Below, one piece after another: positions 38,614-49,020 of a stretch of DNA of 64,000 nucleotides. The stretch's first letter is position 1. Every line of letters begins with the position of its first letter. This DNA comes from Prochlorococcus sp. AG-402-K21. Its GTDB lineage: Bacteria > Cyanobacteriota > Cyanobacteriia > PCC-6307 > Cyanobiaceae. The position numbers and the translations under genes were made by a program. The stretch is from assembly GCA_003216775.1 (NCBI GenBank), contig QCII01000007.1, positions 42,682-106,681 on the forward strand. The letters run 5' to 3'. Below the pieces are notes generated by a model. The model had not been told where the DNA came from and made no database searches. It saw only the letters and a program-made list of their open reading frames with translations.

Positions 38614-38934
38614 TTGTTAAAAGATATTAGCAAAGTAAAAAAAGAAGATATATCTAAGTTGATGGTTTCATTTTCTGATCCTTTTAGGCTAGAAATAATA
38701 GACCTAATGATGGAGGGAGAAGTTTGTGTTTGCGATATTATGAAATTAACTAAGTTATCTCAATCAAGAATTTCATATCACATAAAAATTTTGAAGGAAG
38801 CTGGTCTTATCGCAGACAGGCAAGAAGGTAGATGGGTGTATTACAGCCTAAATAAAGAATCTCTCTTTTTGATAAAGGAATGGATAACTTCTTTGACAGA
38901 TTATTCCTCAAATAGAAAACGTTGTTGCGAATAA
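38614..38934 (+). CDS. arsR: ArsR/SmtB-family metalloregulator
   Basis: wHTH with EVCVCDIMK (ELCVCDL-type metalloid site) and a C-terminal CC pair. Confidence 0.8.
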   Translation: MLKDISKVKKEDISKLMVSFSDPFRLEIIDLMMEGEVCVCDIMKLTKLSQSRISYHIKILKEAGLIADRQEGRWVYYSLNKESLFLIKEWITSLTDYSSNRKRCCE

Positions 38935-38952
38935 ATTATATTTTAGATTTTA

Positions 38953-39159
38953 TTAATTAACTTCTGATTCCCTGTCATAAGTCATTCCTGATTGTTCCAT
39001 CCACTCAGCTTTAGTTTTGCAGTTTTGTTTGTGGTTAAAGATGTGAAAACCTTCAATAATAATCATTATGGATAGAAGCAAAACAGGAATAAAATATACA
39101 GGGGAAGATATTACTTCTTTATATTTGATTTGAGCAATGAATTCCTTATATTTAAACAT
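38953..39159 (-). CDS. hypothetical single-TM protein (68 aa)
   Basis: TM PVYFIPVLLLSIMIIIEGF. Confidence 0.35.
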   Translation of the reverse strand: MFKYKEFIAQIKYKEVISSPVYFIPVLLLSIMIIIEGFHIFNHKQNCKTKAEWMEQSGMTYDRESEVN

Positions 39160-39261
39160 TCCCTCAGTTGTTATTCAGTAAATAATATTCACCTATGGTT
39201 AAGTAAAGTTAAAGAAAAAATTTTTGAAGAAATTAAGCTGAAGGATGTTTACTTTTCATGA

Positions 39262-39302
39262 CTTTCTTATACCTTTAACCCCTCTTAAAGTCTTTTACAA
39301 CA
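39262..39302 (+). promoter_or_regulatory. Pho-box-like repeats upstream of pstC
   Basis: CTTTCTTA-tac-CTTTAACC-cct-CTTAAAGT-ctt-TTACAACA. The 8-mers are in 11-nt register, but the TTAA cores are 10 nt apart. Confidence 0.4.
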
Positions 39303-39337
39303 TTTAGTAGTAGATTTATAGAGATATTCTTTTTTTA

Positions 39338-40285
39338 ATGGAAGAGAAATTAACTCTTTTCAAGAATCGTAAAAGATTCGGTATCGAAAAAAATATAGAT
39401 ATTATCTTCAAGAATACTGCCTTAGTCTTGTCTAGTTTCGTGGCAATAATACTTTTAGGAATAATTTTAGTAGTCTTTTTTCAGTCATTAGAATCCTTTT
39501 CAAGGTATGGCTTGAAGTTTTTAGTAACCTCTGAATGGAATCCAGTAAAAGATGAATACGGAGCTTTTACTGCAATTTATGGCACATTAGTAACCTCATT
39601 TCTTTCGTTATTAATAACTATCCCTTTGGGAGTTGGAACTGCAATATTTATTACCGAAGACTTTGTGCCTAAAGTTGTTAGAGAAATAATAGGCTCCTTT
39701 GTTGAATTACTAGCGGCTATACCATCAGTTGTATTGGGACTTTGGGCAATATTTGTGATGGAACCCTTTTTTAGAGCATTTTTTGTCTTTTTACATAATT
39801 TCTTTGGTTGGATACCTTTATTCAGTACAGAACCTACAGGCAGGAATTCCTTCTTAGCAATATTGATTTTAGTCGTGATGCTTTTGCCAATAGTGACCTC
39901 CATTGCAAGGGATTCACTTAATCAGGTTCCTAAAAAGCTAAGAAATGCGGCTTATGGAATTGGAGCAAGTAGATGGAAAACAATATTTTCAGTAATTTTG
40001 CCGGCAGCACTATCAGGAATTATGGCAGGTGTCTTATTAGCTTTAGGAAGGGCAATGGGAGAAACAATGGCTGTGACAATGATTATTGGTAATTCAAATG
40101 CATTTAGTTGGTCTCTATTATCTCCTGGATATACCATTTCCTCCATGCTCGCAAACCAGTTTGGTGAGGCTGATGGAAGTCAGGTTTCATCACTTTTTTA
40201 TGCGGCTTTTGTATTGATGATCCTATCTTTGGTAGTAAATATCTTTGCGCAGTGGCTAGTTAAGAAATTTAGTCTCAAATATTAG
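39338..40285 (+). CDS. pstC: phosphate ABC transporter permease
   Basis: Polytopic permease with an EAA-like loop (ARDSLNQVPKKLRNAAYGIGASRW). First of the pstCAB run. Confidence 0.9.
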   Translation: MEEKLTLFKNRKRFGIEKNIDIIFKNTALVLSSFVAIILLGIILVVFFQSLESFSRYGLKFLVTSEWNPVKDEYGAFTAIYGTLVTSFLSLLITIPLGVGTAIFITEDFVPKVVREIIGSFVELLAAIPSVVLGLWAIFVMEPFFRAFFVFLHNFFGWIPLFSTEPTGRNSFLAILILVVMLLPIVTSIARDSLNQVPKKLRNAAYGIGASRWKTIFSVILPAALSGIMAGVLLALGRAMGETMAVTMIIGNSNAFSWSLLSPGYTISSMLANQFGEADGSQVSSLFYAAFVLMILSLVVNIFAQWLVKKFSLKY

Positions 40286-40291
40286 ATAATT

Positions 40292-41185
40292 ATGAATTCA
40301 CTCTATTACCAGAAAAGATTATCAAGAAATATAGGAGATAAATTCTTTACTTCTTTATCAATAATTTGTGCACTGATGGCAATTCTTCCTTTGATTTTTC
40401 TTGTGACTTATATCCTTTACAAAGGTGGATCTCAAATCACACCAGAATTATTTATTTTAGAACCAAATCCTCCTGGAGATGATTTAGATGCTGGAGGTAT
40501 TAATCCTGCTTTGATCGGAACATTAATAATAACTACCATTGCTTCAATTATCGCCATACCAGTAGGTGTTGGTGGTGGAATTTATCTGGCGGAATATTCT
40601 AATGGTGGAGCTTTTTCAAGATTTATCAGATTCGGGGTAAATGTTTTAGCTGGAGTCCCTTCAATTATTGCCGGTGTATTTATTTATGCCTTAATTGTCT
40701 CTACAAAGATCTTGTTTGGAAGTATGTATAGCGGTTTGGCAGGAGGTATGGCTCTTTCAATATTGATGTTGCCTACTGTGATTAAGACTACTGACGAAGG
40801 TTTGAAGTTGGTTCCTAATGAATTGAGATATGCCTCTCTTGGTGTTGGAGCAAGTATGTATACAACCATATTGAAAGTTACTTTGCCCTCTGCCTTTAGG
40901 TCTATTGCTACTGGTGTTGTACTTGGAATCGCAAGAGCTGCAGGTGAAACCGCCCCTTTGATATTTACGGCTTTATTCTCTTACTACTACATAACAGGCT
41001 TTGGAGACTTGTTTTATGAGATGGGTTCTTTGGCTGTATTGATATACAACTTTGCTCTAGAACCATACGATGCACAGAATAAATTAGCCTGGGCAGCTTC
41101 CTTTATTCTTGTTTTATCGATACTATCAGTAAATATATGTTCAAGGATATTGGCCGCTTTTACTGAGAAAACCAAGAGAGTATAA
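40292..41185 (+). CDS. pstA: phosphate ABC transporter permease
   Basis: Polytopic permease (TDEGLKLVPNELRYASLGVGAS) between pstC and pstB. Confidence 0.9.
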   Translation: MNSLYYQKRLSRNIGDKFFTSLSIICALMAILPLIFLVTYILYKGGSQITPELFILEPNPPGDDLDAGGINPALIGTLIITTIASIIAIPVGVGGGIYLAEYSNGGAFSRFIRFGVNVLAGVPSIIAGVFIYALIVSTKILFGSMYSGLAGGMALSILMLPTVIKTTDEGLKLVPNELRYASLGVGASMYTTILKVTLPSAFRSIATGVVLGIARAAGETAPLIFTALFSYYYITGFGDLFYEMGSLAVLIYNFALEPYDAQNKLAWAASFILVLSILSVNICSRILAAFTEKTKRV

Positions 41186-41995
41186 ATGATTAAAACTAAT
41201 AAAAAAACTCCAAAGAATATCATTTTATCTCTAGAGAATGTCTCAATTAGCTATGGAACCTTTGAAGCTGTAAAAAATGTTTTTTGTGACTTTAAAAAAG
41301 GAAATATAACCTCTCTTATTGGACCTTCAGGTTGCGGTAAATCAACTGTTCTTAGATCATTAAATAGGATGAACGATTTAATTCCTAATTGTTCATTAAA
41401 AGGAACAGTCCTCTTTGATGGAACTAATATTTATGATAAAAGAGTAGATCCAGTTGAAGTGAGAAGAAGAATCGGAATGGTATTTCAACAACCTAATCCT
41501 TTTCCTAAATCTATTTACGAAAATATTGCATTTGGAGCAAGAATTAATGGCTTTACTGGAGATATGGATGAATTAGTCGAAAGTTCTCTAAGAAAGGCAG
41601 CATTATGGGACGAATGTAAGGATAAATTAAACGATAGTGGTTACTCTTTATCTGGTGGACAACAACAAAGATTATGTATCGCTAGAACTATTGCTATTGA
41701 GCCTGAAATAATTCTCATGGATGAGCCATGCTCAGCTTTAGATCCAATCTCTACTTTGAAAATAGAAGAGACGATGCATGAACTTAAGAAGAATTACACA
41801 ATAATAATCGTTACTCATAATATGCAGCAGGCATTAAGAGTTAGTAATATGACTGCATTTTTTAATGCAGTTGAATACGAAGATGGTGATGGGGGGAAAG
41901 TAGGTTATCTTGCAGAATTTGATTCTACAAAGAAAATTTTCAACTCTCCAAAAGAAAAAACTACTCAGGAATACATCTCAGGTAAATTTGGTTAA
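41186..41995 (+). CDS. pstB: phosphate ABC transporter ATP-binding protein
   Basis: Walker [10 protein letters not shown], signature LSGGQQQRL, Walker B ILMDEP. PstB-typical N- and C-termini. Confidence 0.92.
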   Translation: MIKTNKKTPKNIILSLENVSISYGTFEAVKNVFCDFKKGNITSLIGPSGCGKSTVLRSLNRMNDLIPNCSLKGTVLFDGTNIYDKRVDPVEVRRRIGMVFQQPNPFPKSIYENIAFGARINGFTGDMDELVESSLRKAALWDECKDKLNDSGYSLSGGQQQRLCIARTIAIEPEIILMDEPCSALDPISTLKIEETMHELKKNYTIIIVTHNMQQALRVSNMTAFFNAVEYEDGDGGKVGYLAEFDSTKKIFNSPKEKTTQEYISGKFG

Positions 41996-42386
41996 TGTTT
42001 AATTTTCACTTTTAAAAGAAAGATTTTATCCTTAAAACGGATATAGGGTAGACAAAAGGTATAAATACTTATATAGTAATTCCAATTATTAAGTTTATCT
42101 TTGAAAAACTACCCTTTTCTACCTTTCTTGATTTTTGCAGGGGCTCTCATAACAACTGCAACAATAGGATTGCCTGTATTTATTTCATAATTTAAGAGTA
42201 TTTCTATTTCGGGTAATCTTATGGTTTCAATAATAAATAAAGAATTAATTGGAAGTCCTCATAAAACCTTAATAAAGGGAAATTTATTTGACTTTATAAA
42301 AAAAAGAGAGAATATGAATCTGTGTGGGAGTGAAAAATCTGTATTAAAACCATTTTCAAAAGTGGTTAATTTCTAATTTATTTATC

Positions 42387-42533
42387 ATGGATAAAACTAA
42401 AGAACAGTTAGAAAAATTAAGAGAAGTTGCAGAAGCATCCCTCACAAAAACGGATGAACTTCAAAAAGTTCTTGCTCAAATAGAAGCTTTAATGTCTAGA
42501 GAAGAATCACAAACATTATCAAAGAAGAAATAA
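42387..42533 (+). CDS. hypothetical 48-aa helical protein
   Basis: Hand-called: MDKTKEQLEKLREVAEASLTKTDELQKVLAQIEALMSREESQTLSKKK. Confidence 0.3.
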   Translation: MDKTKEQLEKLREVAEASLTKTDELQKVLAQIEALMSREESQTLSKKK

Positions 42534-42716
42534 TTTTTTTAAAAATAATTTTAGTTTTTGTACTTTTAATTACATCTCTACAATATCTTTGTCGTTATTA
42601 ATTGGGTATGCAGAACCCGTTCCAAAGTTTTCTGTTAGGTCTCGAGGTCTTACCTTCTTTAAGTAAAAGACCTCTTTAATTTGTTTATTTTTATTATATT
42701 TTTATAACTTGCTTAA

Positions 42717-43019
42717 TTAGTTGATTACTCTAAAAATTTCTTTCAAACAGACATTTACATCGAAAGATTCAGTATTTACGACTTCTAATCCTGTTTTTTC
42801 TGTAACTTGAACAGTTGCATTGCATTCGTCTTGTTTAAGAGCCATGAAACTTGATTTTTTATCCTCTATGTCTGATTCAATACTAGATTCATTCTCATCT
42901 TTATACTGCTCCATCACAAGTGTTAGTGCCTCTATCTCAACGGAAAAATTCTCATTTGCTTTTGTCCCAAAGGGAATAATAAGAAATGGAAATAAAATCA
43001 AGGCTATTAATTTTTTCAT
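42717..43019 (-). CDS. hypothetical secreted protein (100 aa)
   Basis: Signal peptide MKKLIALILFPFLIIPFGTKA. Confidence 0.45.
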   Translation of the reverse strand: MKKLIALILFPFLIIPFGTKANENFSVEIEALTLVMEQYKDENESSIESDIEDKKSSFMALKQDECNATVQVTEKTGLEVVNTESFDVNVCLKEIFRVIN

Positions 43020-43221
43020 TTCTATAAAATGTGTTTATTTTTTTTATAACGTGTTTTGTCTACTAAAGAAAGGGTCATTAGCTGTATAAATTTTTTTTAT
43101 CTAGGTGCTTGTAAAAAAATAATTTAATTGCAAGTTAATTGAAAAAAAAACCAAACGAGACTTTAAAGTATAAATTGGTATATCTAAATGATAAATTTTA
43201 GTCACTTCAATAGGATTTTTC

Positions 43222-43872
43222 TTAAGATTTTATTTCGATAATTTCTTCTTCAGAAACAATTGCCCATTTTTTGAATGACTTTTTGCAGGGATATCCTCCT
43301 GTTAAGTCTCCAAATGCAGGAAGATATAAAACATTTTTATTCATATCAATTGCAAAACACCTAAAAGATAATTTATCTCCATTGCTTTTTAAATATATTT
43401 TTGGATGATAATGTCCACAAATATTCAAGGTTTTATTGTTTTTTAGATTAACTGGCTCATGGCTAAAAGTAATATTTTTAGATTTTCTAATGTCAAAAAT
43501 TTTTATATTTTTAATATCACAGCCTACATCATGATTTCCGAGGATGAGTTCAACATTAGTTTTTAGTAGTTCAGGAAGATCCTCAACTTTTTTTTGAAGA
43601 GTTTTATCTATTGAATATTTGCTGTGGAATAAATCTCCCAATATTATTAACTTTTCAGGACTATATCTTTTTACTATTTTTTTTATTCTTGCGAAATTAT
43701 TTTTATCTGAATTACTAGTAAGAGGAATACCATTTTGCTGAAAATACTCAGCTTTTCCAAGATGAATATCGCATATTAACAACTCTTTTGTTTCCGGTAG
43801 AAATAAAGCTCTTGAAGGAAGCATCTCTAATAATGTATCTTCCCAACTAAATTTAAAAGAACTTTTTTTCAT
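43222..43872 (-). CDS. pdeM: ligase-associated DNA damage response phosphoesterase/endonuclease PdeM
   Basis: Calcineurin-like motifs DIHLGK, GDLFH, GNHD, GHYH. Its start abuts the helicase stop. Confidence 0.8.
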   Translation of the reverse strand: MKKSSFKFSWEDTLLEMLPSRALFLPETKELLICDIHLGKAEYFQQNGIPLTSNSDKNNFARIKKIVKRYSPEKLIILGDLFHSKYSIDKTLQKKVEDLPELLKTNVELILGNHDVGCDIKNIKIFDIRKSKNITFSHEPVNLKNNKTLNICGHYHPKIYLKSNGDKLSFRCFAIDMNKNVLYLPAFGDLTGGYPCKKSFKKWAIVSEEEIIEIKS

Positions 43873-46359
43873 TTAATCACTATATTTTTTTATAAGTTTT
43901 TCTACTCTTTTTTCTATTGGTTCATTGCTTAAAGTATTTTTAAGTCTTTCAACTAATAAAGGGAAAGCAAAAGGAGTTGGAGTTTTTATCTCGTTTAATA
44001 GAATTTTTAAATTTTTTAATCTTTCTAATGATCTAGATATTCTTTTATTTTCTAATTGATATTCTTTAACTTCTTGATGCGATTGTTTTATCAAAAGATG
44101 GTCTTCTTCATATTTAGTAAAGACATCGTAGAAAAGACTTGAACTTATTTGAAGTTGAGAAGAAGTTTTTATTTTGGTTGGATTATTTTGATTTACAAGT
44201 CCACTTATTTGGGCAATATTTTTAAATCTACGTTTTGTTAATTCTGAAAAATTAATTGCATTTTCTAGATCCTCTTCTAATTTTTTGTTATTCAAAAAGT
44301 AATCAGCTTCTTTTTTTATTATTGAAAAATCATAATCTTCTGCAGTAGTTAAGCTGAATCCAAAATCATTAGCAGTAATACTAAATGTAGATTGTTTTAA
44401 TTTTGCCAATCTCAAAGCCCATAAAAATGCAATTCCCTCATTTACAAATTTGCCATCAAGTGTAAAAACAAAAAGATTTGATAAATCCTTGGTTTTATAT
44501 ATTTCTATAAGGAATTCATCTTTCTTTGGAATATTTGAAAGAACTTTTTGTTTCTTCAATATTGGGCGTAACGAATTGAGTTCAGGATTTAAGCAATCAA
44601 AATTTTCTAGTTCGTTGCATATATCGATTTCTTTTCTCAAACTCTCACAAAGTAGATCAGAAATTGCCATTTGACCTCCAACCCATGCAGGAATTAGAGA
44701 ACTTTTTTTAGTTGATTTTTTAACGTATAAAATCATATCTCTTATTCTTACAAATTGAAGCATTTTGCCGGCAAAGTAAAATGTATCTCCAGGATTTAAT
44801 TTTGAAGCAAAATTCTCCTCTAAATTACCTAAGGATTTACCTTTCACATATTTGACATTTACAAATTTGTCACTTGTAATTGTCCCAATATTGAACTTAT
44901 GAATTCTTATTATAGATTTGTCTTTTACAAAATATTTAAAGTTTTCATTATTATTTTGTGATTCTTCTTTAACTATCTTTTTATATTTTGGGTATGCTTT
45001 AAGACATTTTCCTCCATATTCTAAAAAGTCAAGACACCAATTCCACTCTTGATCTTTTAAGTTTCTATAACTCCAGCAATTTTTAATTCTTTCTTTCTCA
45101 ATTTTTGGATCAAAGCCATTTCCACATGCCAAACTTATTAGATGTTGCAGAAGCACATCATAAGATAATTCAGGAAGTCTAATTTTCTCAGATATACCAC
45201 TTTTTATTATTCTTCTCATTGCACTAATCTCTAATAACTCTAAAGAATTAGTAGGCATAAAAATTATTTTTGATTTTCCACCTGGTCTATGAGCACTTCT
45301 TCCCGCTCTTTGGATAAGTCTAGCTAAATTCTTTGCACTACCAATTTGAACTATTTGATCTACAGGTTGGAAGTCAACTCCCAAATCTAACGAGCTGGTG
45401 CAGACTACCCATTTTATTAATCCGTCTTTAACCCCTTCCTCAACTCTTTTTCTATCTTCTTTATCCAGGGAGCCGTGATGAAGTGCAATTTTGTCTTCCA
45501 TCTCTGGGAGAAAAAATTTAAGACATTGATACCATCTTTCAGATTGGTTTCTTGTATTAGTGAATAATAAGGTGCTTTTATTTTTATCTAGGATTTTTAA
45601 TAGTGAAGAATGACTTCTAATTCCTAAATGTCCACTCCATGGAAAGGTAGTTTCCTCCTCTGGTAAAACACTTATAATTTCGATCTCTTTTTGAATATTT
45701 GTACTTATAATTTTGGGTTTAATAGCGCTCATCCCAACTATTCCTCTTGCTGCTTCTTCAATATTTCCAATAGTTGCAGACATTGCCCAAATTTGTAAAT
45801 TTTTTATATTACCTCTAAGCCAACTTAAAGATAACTCGCACTGGTTTCCTCTTTTACTACCCATCAATTCATGCCATTCATCAATAATTATTGATGACAA
45901 CTCCTTGAACAGATTATTAGATTCTTTATTAGAAAGTAAAAGAGATAAAGACTCTGGAGTGGTAATAAGAATATTAGGTGGTTTAGCTAGTTGCTTTTTC
46001 TTTTCATATGGGGTTGTATCCCCGTTCCTAATTTCAACAGTGATTTCTTTATTAAAATGTAAAGCTGCTAATTGTATGGAATTTTTTAGATCTCTACTTA
46101 GTGCTTTCAAAGGGGTTATTAATAATATTTGCACACTTTTATTATTTTTGGGATCTGCAATCTGTGATAAAGGTCCCATTAATGCAGCGTAAGTTTTGCC
46201 GCATCCAGTAGGAACTTGTATTATTCCGTTTTCCCCATTTAAAAATGCTTTCCAAGATTCTATTTGGTAGGGTAATGGCTCCCATCCATTTGAGAAGAAA
46301 AACTGTTTAATTTTAGAAATTAAATTATTTTGCTTATTATTTTTCGTAATATTTTTCAT
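43873..46359 (-). CDS. ligase-associated DExH-box helicase (Lhr-like)
   Basis: Walker A PTGCGKT, DEWH box, SAT, QRAGRSAHR motif VI, long C-terminal extension. 4-nt overlap with the ligase gene. Confidence 0.85.
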   Translation of the reverse strand: MKNITKNNKQNNLISKIKQFFFSNGWEPLPYQIESWKAFLNGENGIIQVPTGCGKTYAALMGPLSQIADPKNNKSVQILLITPLKALSRDLKNSIQLAALHFNKEITVEIRNGDTTPYEKKKQLAKPPNILITTPESLSLLLSNKESNNLFKELSSIIIDEWHELMGSKRGNQCELSLSWLRGNIKNLQIWAMSATIGNIEEAARGIVGMSAIKPKIISTNIQKEIEIISVLPEEETTFPWSGHLGIRSHSSLLKILDKNKSTLLFTNTRNQSERWYQCLKFFLPEMEDKIALHHGSLDKEDRKRVEEGVKDGLIKWVVCTSSLDLGVDFQPVDQIVQIGSAKNLARLIQRAGRSAHRPGGKSKIIFMPTNSLELLEISAMRRIIKSGISEKIRLPELSYDVLLQHLISLACGNGFDPKIEKERIKNCWSYRNLKDQEWNWCLDFLEYGGKCLKAYPKYKKIVKEESQNNNENFKYFVKDKSIIRIHKFNIGTITSDKFVNVKYVKGKSLGNLEENFASKLNPGDTFYFAGKMLQFVRIRDMILYVKKSTKKSSLIPAWVGGQMAISDLLCESLRKEIDICNELENFDCLNPELNSLRPILKKQKVLSNIPKKDEFLIEIYKTKDLSNLFVFTLDGKFVNEGIAFLWALRLAKLKQSTFSITANDFGFSLTTAEDYDFSIIKKEADYFLNNKKLEEDLENAINFSELTKRRFKNIAQISGLVNQNNPTKIKTSSQLQISSSLFYDVFTKYEEDHLLIKQSHQEVKEYQLENKRISRSLERLKNLKILLNEIKTPTPFAFPLLVERLKNTLSNEPIEKRVEKLIKKYSD

Positions 46360-47996
46360 GATATTTTTTTCATCAGTTCATAAGCATTATCTAGGCTATC
46401 GGCATCATTGATTTTTTTATCTTTTCTCCATTTTGTTATTCTTGGAAATCTTACTGCTATGCCTGACTTATGACGTTTTGAAATTTGTATTTTCTCAAAA
46501 GATATTTCGAATACCATTTCTGGTTTTAAAGATCGAACAGGACCAAATTTTTCTATTGTATTTTTCCTTATCCATTTATCTAACTCTTTAATCTCAATAT
46601 TTGTTAAACCAGAATATGCACTTGCAAATTTAATTAATTCTTGGTCTTTCCATAATGCAAAACTGTAATCTGTATAAAGACCAGCTCTTCTACCGCTACC
46701 GCCCTTTGCGTAAATTAGAACAGCATCCAGTTGCATAGGATCAACTTTATATTTCCACCAAATACCTTTTTTTCTACCAGAGGAGTATATAGAAGTCTTT
46801 TTCTTAATTATTAATCCTTCAGTATTATTTTCTCGAGATTTTTCTTTATAAGTTAAAGCATCAGGCCAATCTTTAGGGAAGATTAAATCACATATTTTGA
46901 AAATATCAGAGATATTATTCTCAGTTTTATTTTGACATTTTGAAAAATATTTTTCTAACTCAATTCTTCTATTTTCTAATTTAATTTCTCTTATATCTCT
47001 TCCATTAATCTCTAAAAGATCATAAGCAATAAAAATAATTGGATATTTTATTTGGATTGATCTAGTAGGAGATTTTCTATTTATTCTTTTTTGAAGTAAA
47101 GAAAAATCACAGGCAATTTGTTCTTTAAAATTCCAAACTAATAATTCCCCATCAAGAACAAAATCATCTTTTATATGAGACATTTTCTCTACTAATTCTG
47201 GGAAAGATTCATTGACTAATTCTTGTCCTCTTGTCCATAACGAAACATTTCCTGATCTTTTAATTAATTGCATCCTTATACCGTCGTATTTCCATTCAAA
47301 TTGAAAATCATTTATTGAATGTTTGAAGATTTTATCTTCAATAGTATTCGCTAGAAGAAACGGAAATGGTTTGGAATTTAACTCTTGAAGATTAATATTC
47401 TTGTTAACTAAAAATTTATATGAATCAATTGAAGGCTCAAAATTCCCCATCAACCTATGGGAAATAATCTCTTCATCAATATTAATTAGTTTTGATATTG
47501 ATTTTGTGATTAATCCGATAGAGACTCCTACTCTAAAAGTTCCTGTAAGAATTTTATTGAAAATTAAATGGTTATCTTCAGGTAATGTTTCCCACATATT
47601 TTTAATTTTAAAATTTTTCTCCTTCTCATTAAGTTTTGATAACTCAGGTATTGTTTTGCTTAGTAATTCATTGAGACTTATATTTGATAATTCTTTATGT
47701 CTGGAAGTAGTTTTATTTTTAAGTAATAACGTTATTACCTCAGCAGAATCACCAACTTTTAAATAACATGTATCAATTAACCATTGAGGATATTTATATA
47801 TTTGAGCAAAAAGATTTTTTAAATATCTTCCACTAATAAATCTCTTATTACTTTTCCCAGTTAATAGATATATTGCCCATGAGTTATCTATTGGTTCATT
47901 TGAAAGAAAATAACTTTTTAAAACTTCAATTTTATTATTTGTGCTATTCATTGAATCTAGATCGCAAAATAATTCTGAAAACTTATTTAAGCTCAT
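46356..47996 (-). CDS. ATP-dependent DNA ligase
   Basis: Motif I EWKYDGIR, motif III VLDGELLV, motif IV IFIAYDLL, motif V EGLIIKK, motif VI region RFPRITKWRKDK. Confidence 0.88.
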   Translation of the reverse strand: MSLNKFSELFCDLDSMNSTNNKIEVLKSYFLSNEPIDNSWAIYLLTGKSNKRFISGRYLKNLFAQIYKYPQWLIDTCYLKVGDSAEVITLLLKNKTTSRHKELSNISLNELLSKTIPELSKLNEKEKNFKIKNMWETLPEDNHLIFNKILTGTFRVGVSIGLITKSISKLINIDEEIISHRLMGNFEPSIDSYKFLVNKNINLQELNSKPFPFLLANTIEDKIFKHSINDFQFEWKYDGIRMQLIKRSGNVSLWTRGQELVNESFPELVEKMSHIKDDFVLDGELLVWNFKEQIACDFSLLQKRINRKSPTRSIQIKYPIIFIAYDLLEINGRDIREIKLENRRIELEKYFSKCQNKTENNISDIFKICDLIFPKDWPDALTYKEKSRENNTEGLIIKKKTSIYSSGRKKGIWWKYKVDPMQLDAVLIYAKGGSGRRAGLYTDYSFALWKDQELIKFASAYSGLTNIEIKELDKWIRKNTIEKFGPVRSLKPEMVFEISFEKIQISKRHKSGIAVRFPRITKWRKDKKINDADSLDNAYELMKKIS

Positions 47997-47998
47997 AT

Positions 47999-48985
47999 TT
48001 ATTTCCCAAAGAAAAGAATATTTATTGATTCCTTCTCAACTAAATATTTGCTTAAGGCTTCACTATCTCCATGATGAAAAAATACATTTTTTGCTTCAGA
48101 CTTTTTTATTACTTCCAGAATTCCATCCCAATCTGCATGATCAGAGATTGCGAATCCTTTATCATATCCTGATCTTTTTCTTAGAGCTCTTATTGACATC
48201 CATCCACTCGCAAAAGCTGTTTGAATATTTTTGAAATTTTTTAAATAAGAGCCCTTACTTAAAGATGGCGGTAATAATACTAGACTTCCTTTAAGCTCAT
48301 CAATCTTTTTTTTACTTTCGATTTTTATAGTATCTTTAATATCAATTCCAAGTTCCTTATAACAATTGTTCATTTTATAAATACTGCCATGGGAATAGAT
48401 ATTACCTTTAAAATTTGTTTTGCTAATTTCGTATAACAATCTCTGAGCTTTTCCAAGAGAATAGCAGAAAAGTAAAGAAGTTTTTTCTGGCGAATTAGTT
48501 ATCCATTTTGAAATATCATTTGCTATTTTATTTGTTTCATCCCACTTGAATATTGGTAAACCAAAAGTACATTCACTTATTAAATAGTCAGTTTTTACTA
48601 TTTCATATTGTTTGCAAGTCTCATCTTTTTGAAGCTTAAAGTCTCCTGAAATTAGCCATTTTTCTTCAGCAAATATAAACCTTATTTGGCTAGATCCAAG
48701 GATGTGACCAGATGGATGAAAAGAAATTTTTATGCCATTTATCTTAAATTCTTCTCCATATTCAAAAGTCTTAATTTTGATATTATCTCCAGCTCTTTCT
48801 TTAATAAGTATCGCAGTCTCCTTAGTAGAAATGTATTCTTCACAGCCAAATGTAAAGTGATCAAAATGAGCATGGGTTATTAATGCCTTTTTTACTGGCT
48901 TGCTTGGATCAATCCAAATATCAGCAAGTTCACAATAAAGATTCCCATCTTTATATCTAATTAAATATTCTTCTTTAGTTCTCAA
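47999..48985 (-). CDS. ligase-associated metallo-beta-lactamase-fold exonuclease
   Basis: HAHFDH (HxHxDH) motif and later H/D motifs (SGH, SDHAD). 2 nt upstream of the ligase start. Confidence 0.8.
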   Translation of the reverse strand: MRTKEEYLIRYKDGNLYCELADIWIDPSKPVKKALITHAHFDHFTFGCEEYISTKETAILIKERAGDNIKIKTFEYGEEFKINGIKISFHPSGHILGSSQIRFIFAEEKWLISGDFKLQKDETCKQYEIVKTDYLISECTFGLPIFKWDETNKIANDISKWITNSPEKTSLLFCYSLGKAQRLLYEISKTNFKGNIYSHGSIYKMNNCYKELGIDIKDTIKIESKKKIDELKGSLVLLPPSLSKGSYLKNFKNIQTAFASGWMSIRALRKRSGYDKGFAISDHADWDGILEVIKKSEAKNVFFHHGDSEALSKYLVEKESINILFFGK

Positions 48986-49020
48986 AACTACATCTCTTAC
49001 AATGAAGTTAATTTAGCTAA

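Noticed and set aside
42600-42680. Possible tRNA or terminator-like structure (GGTCTTAC...AAGACC)
   Set aside because: There is no cloverleaf and no T-loop consensus. The 7-bp stem has a 15-nt loop and no T-run, so it is neither a convincing tRNA nor a convincing terminator.
45713-46192. 159-aa + strand ORF
   Set aside because: It is antisense to the DExH helicase gene and has no motifs. The same reasoning applies to other shadow ORFs in the track (for example 799-1134, 3638-3847, 9054-9371, 12681-13010, 15169-15576, 36630-37138, 39577-39903, 47401-47766 and 50707-50928).
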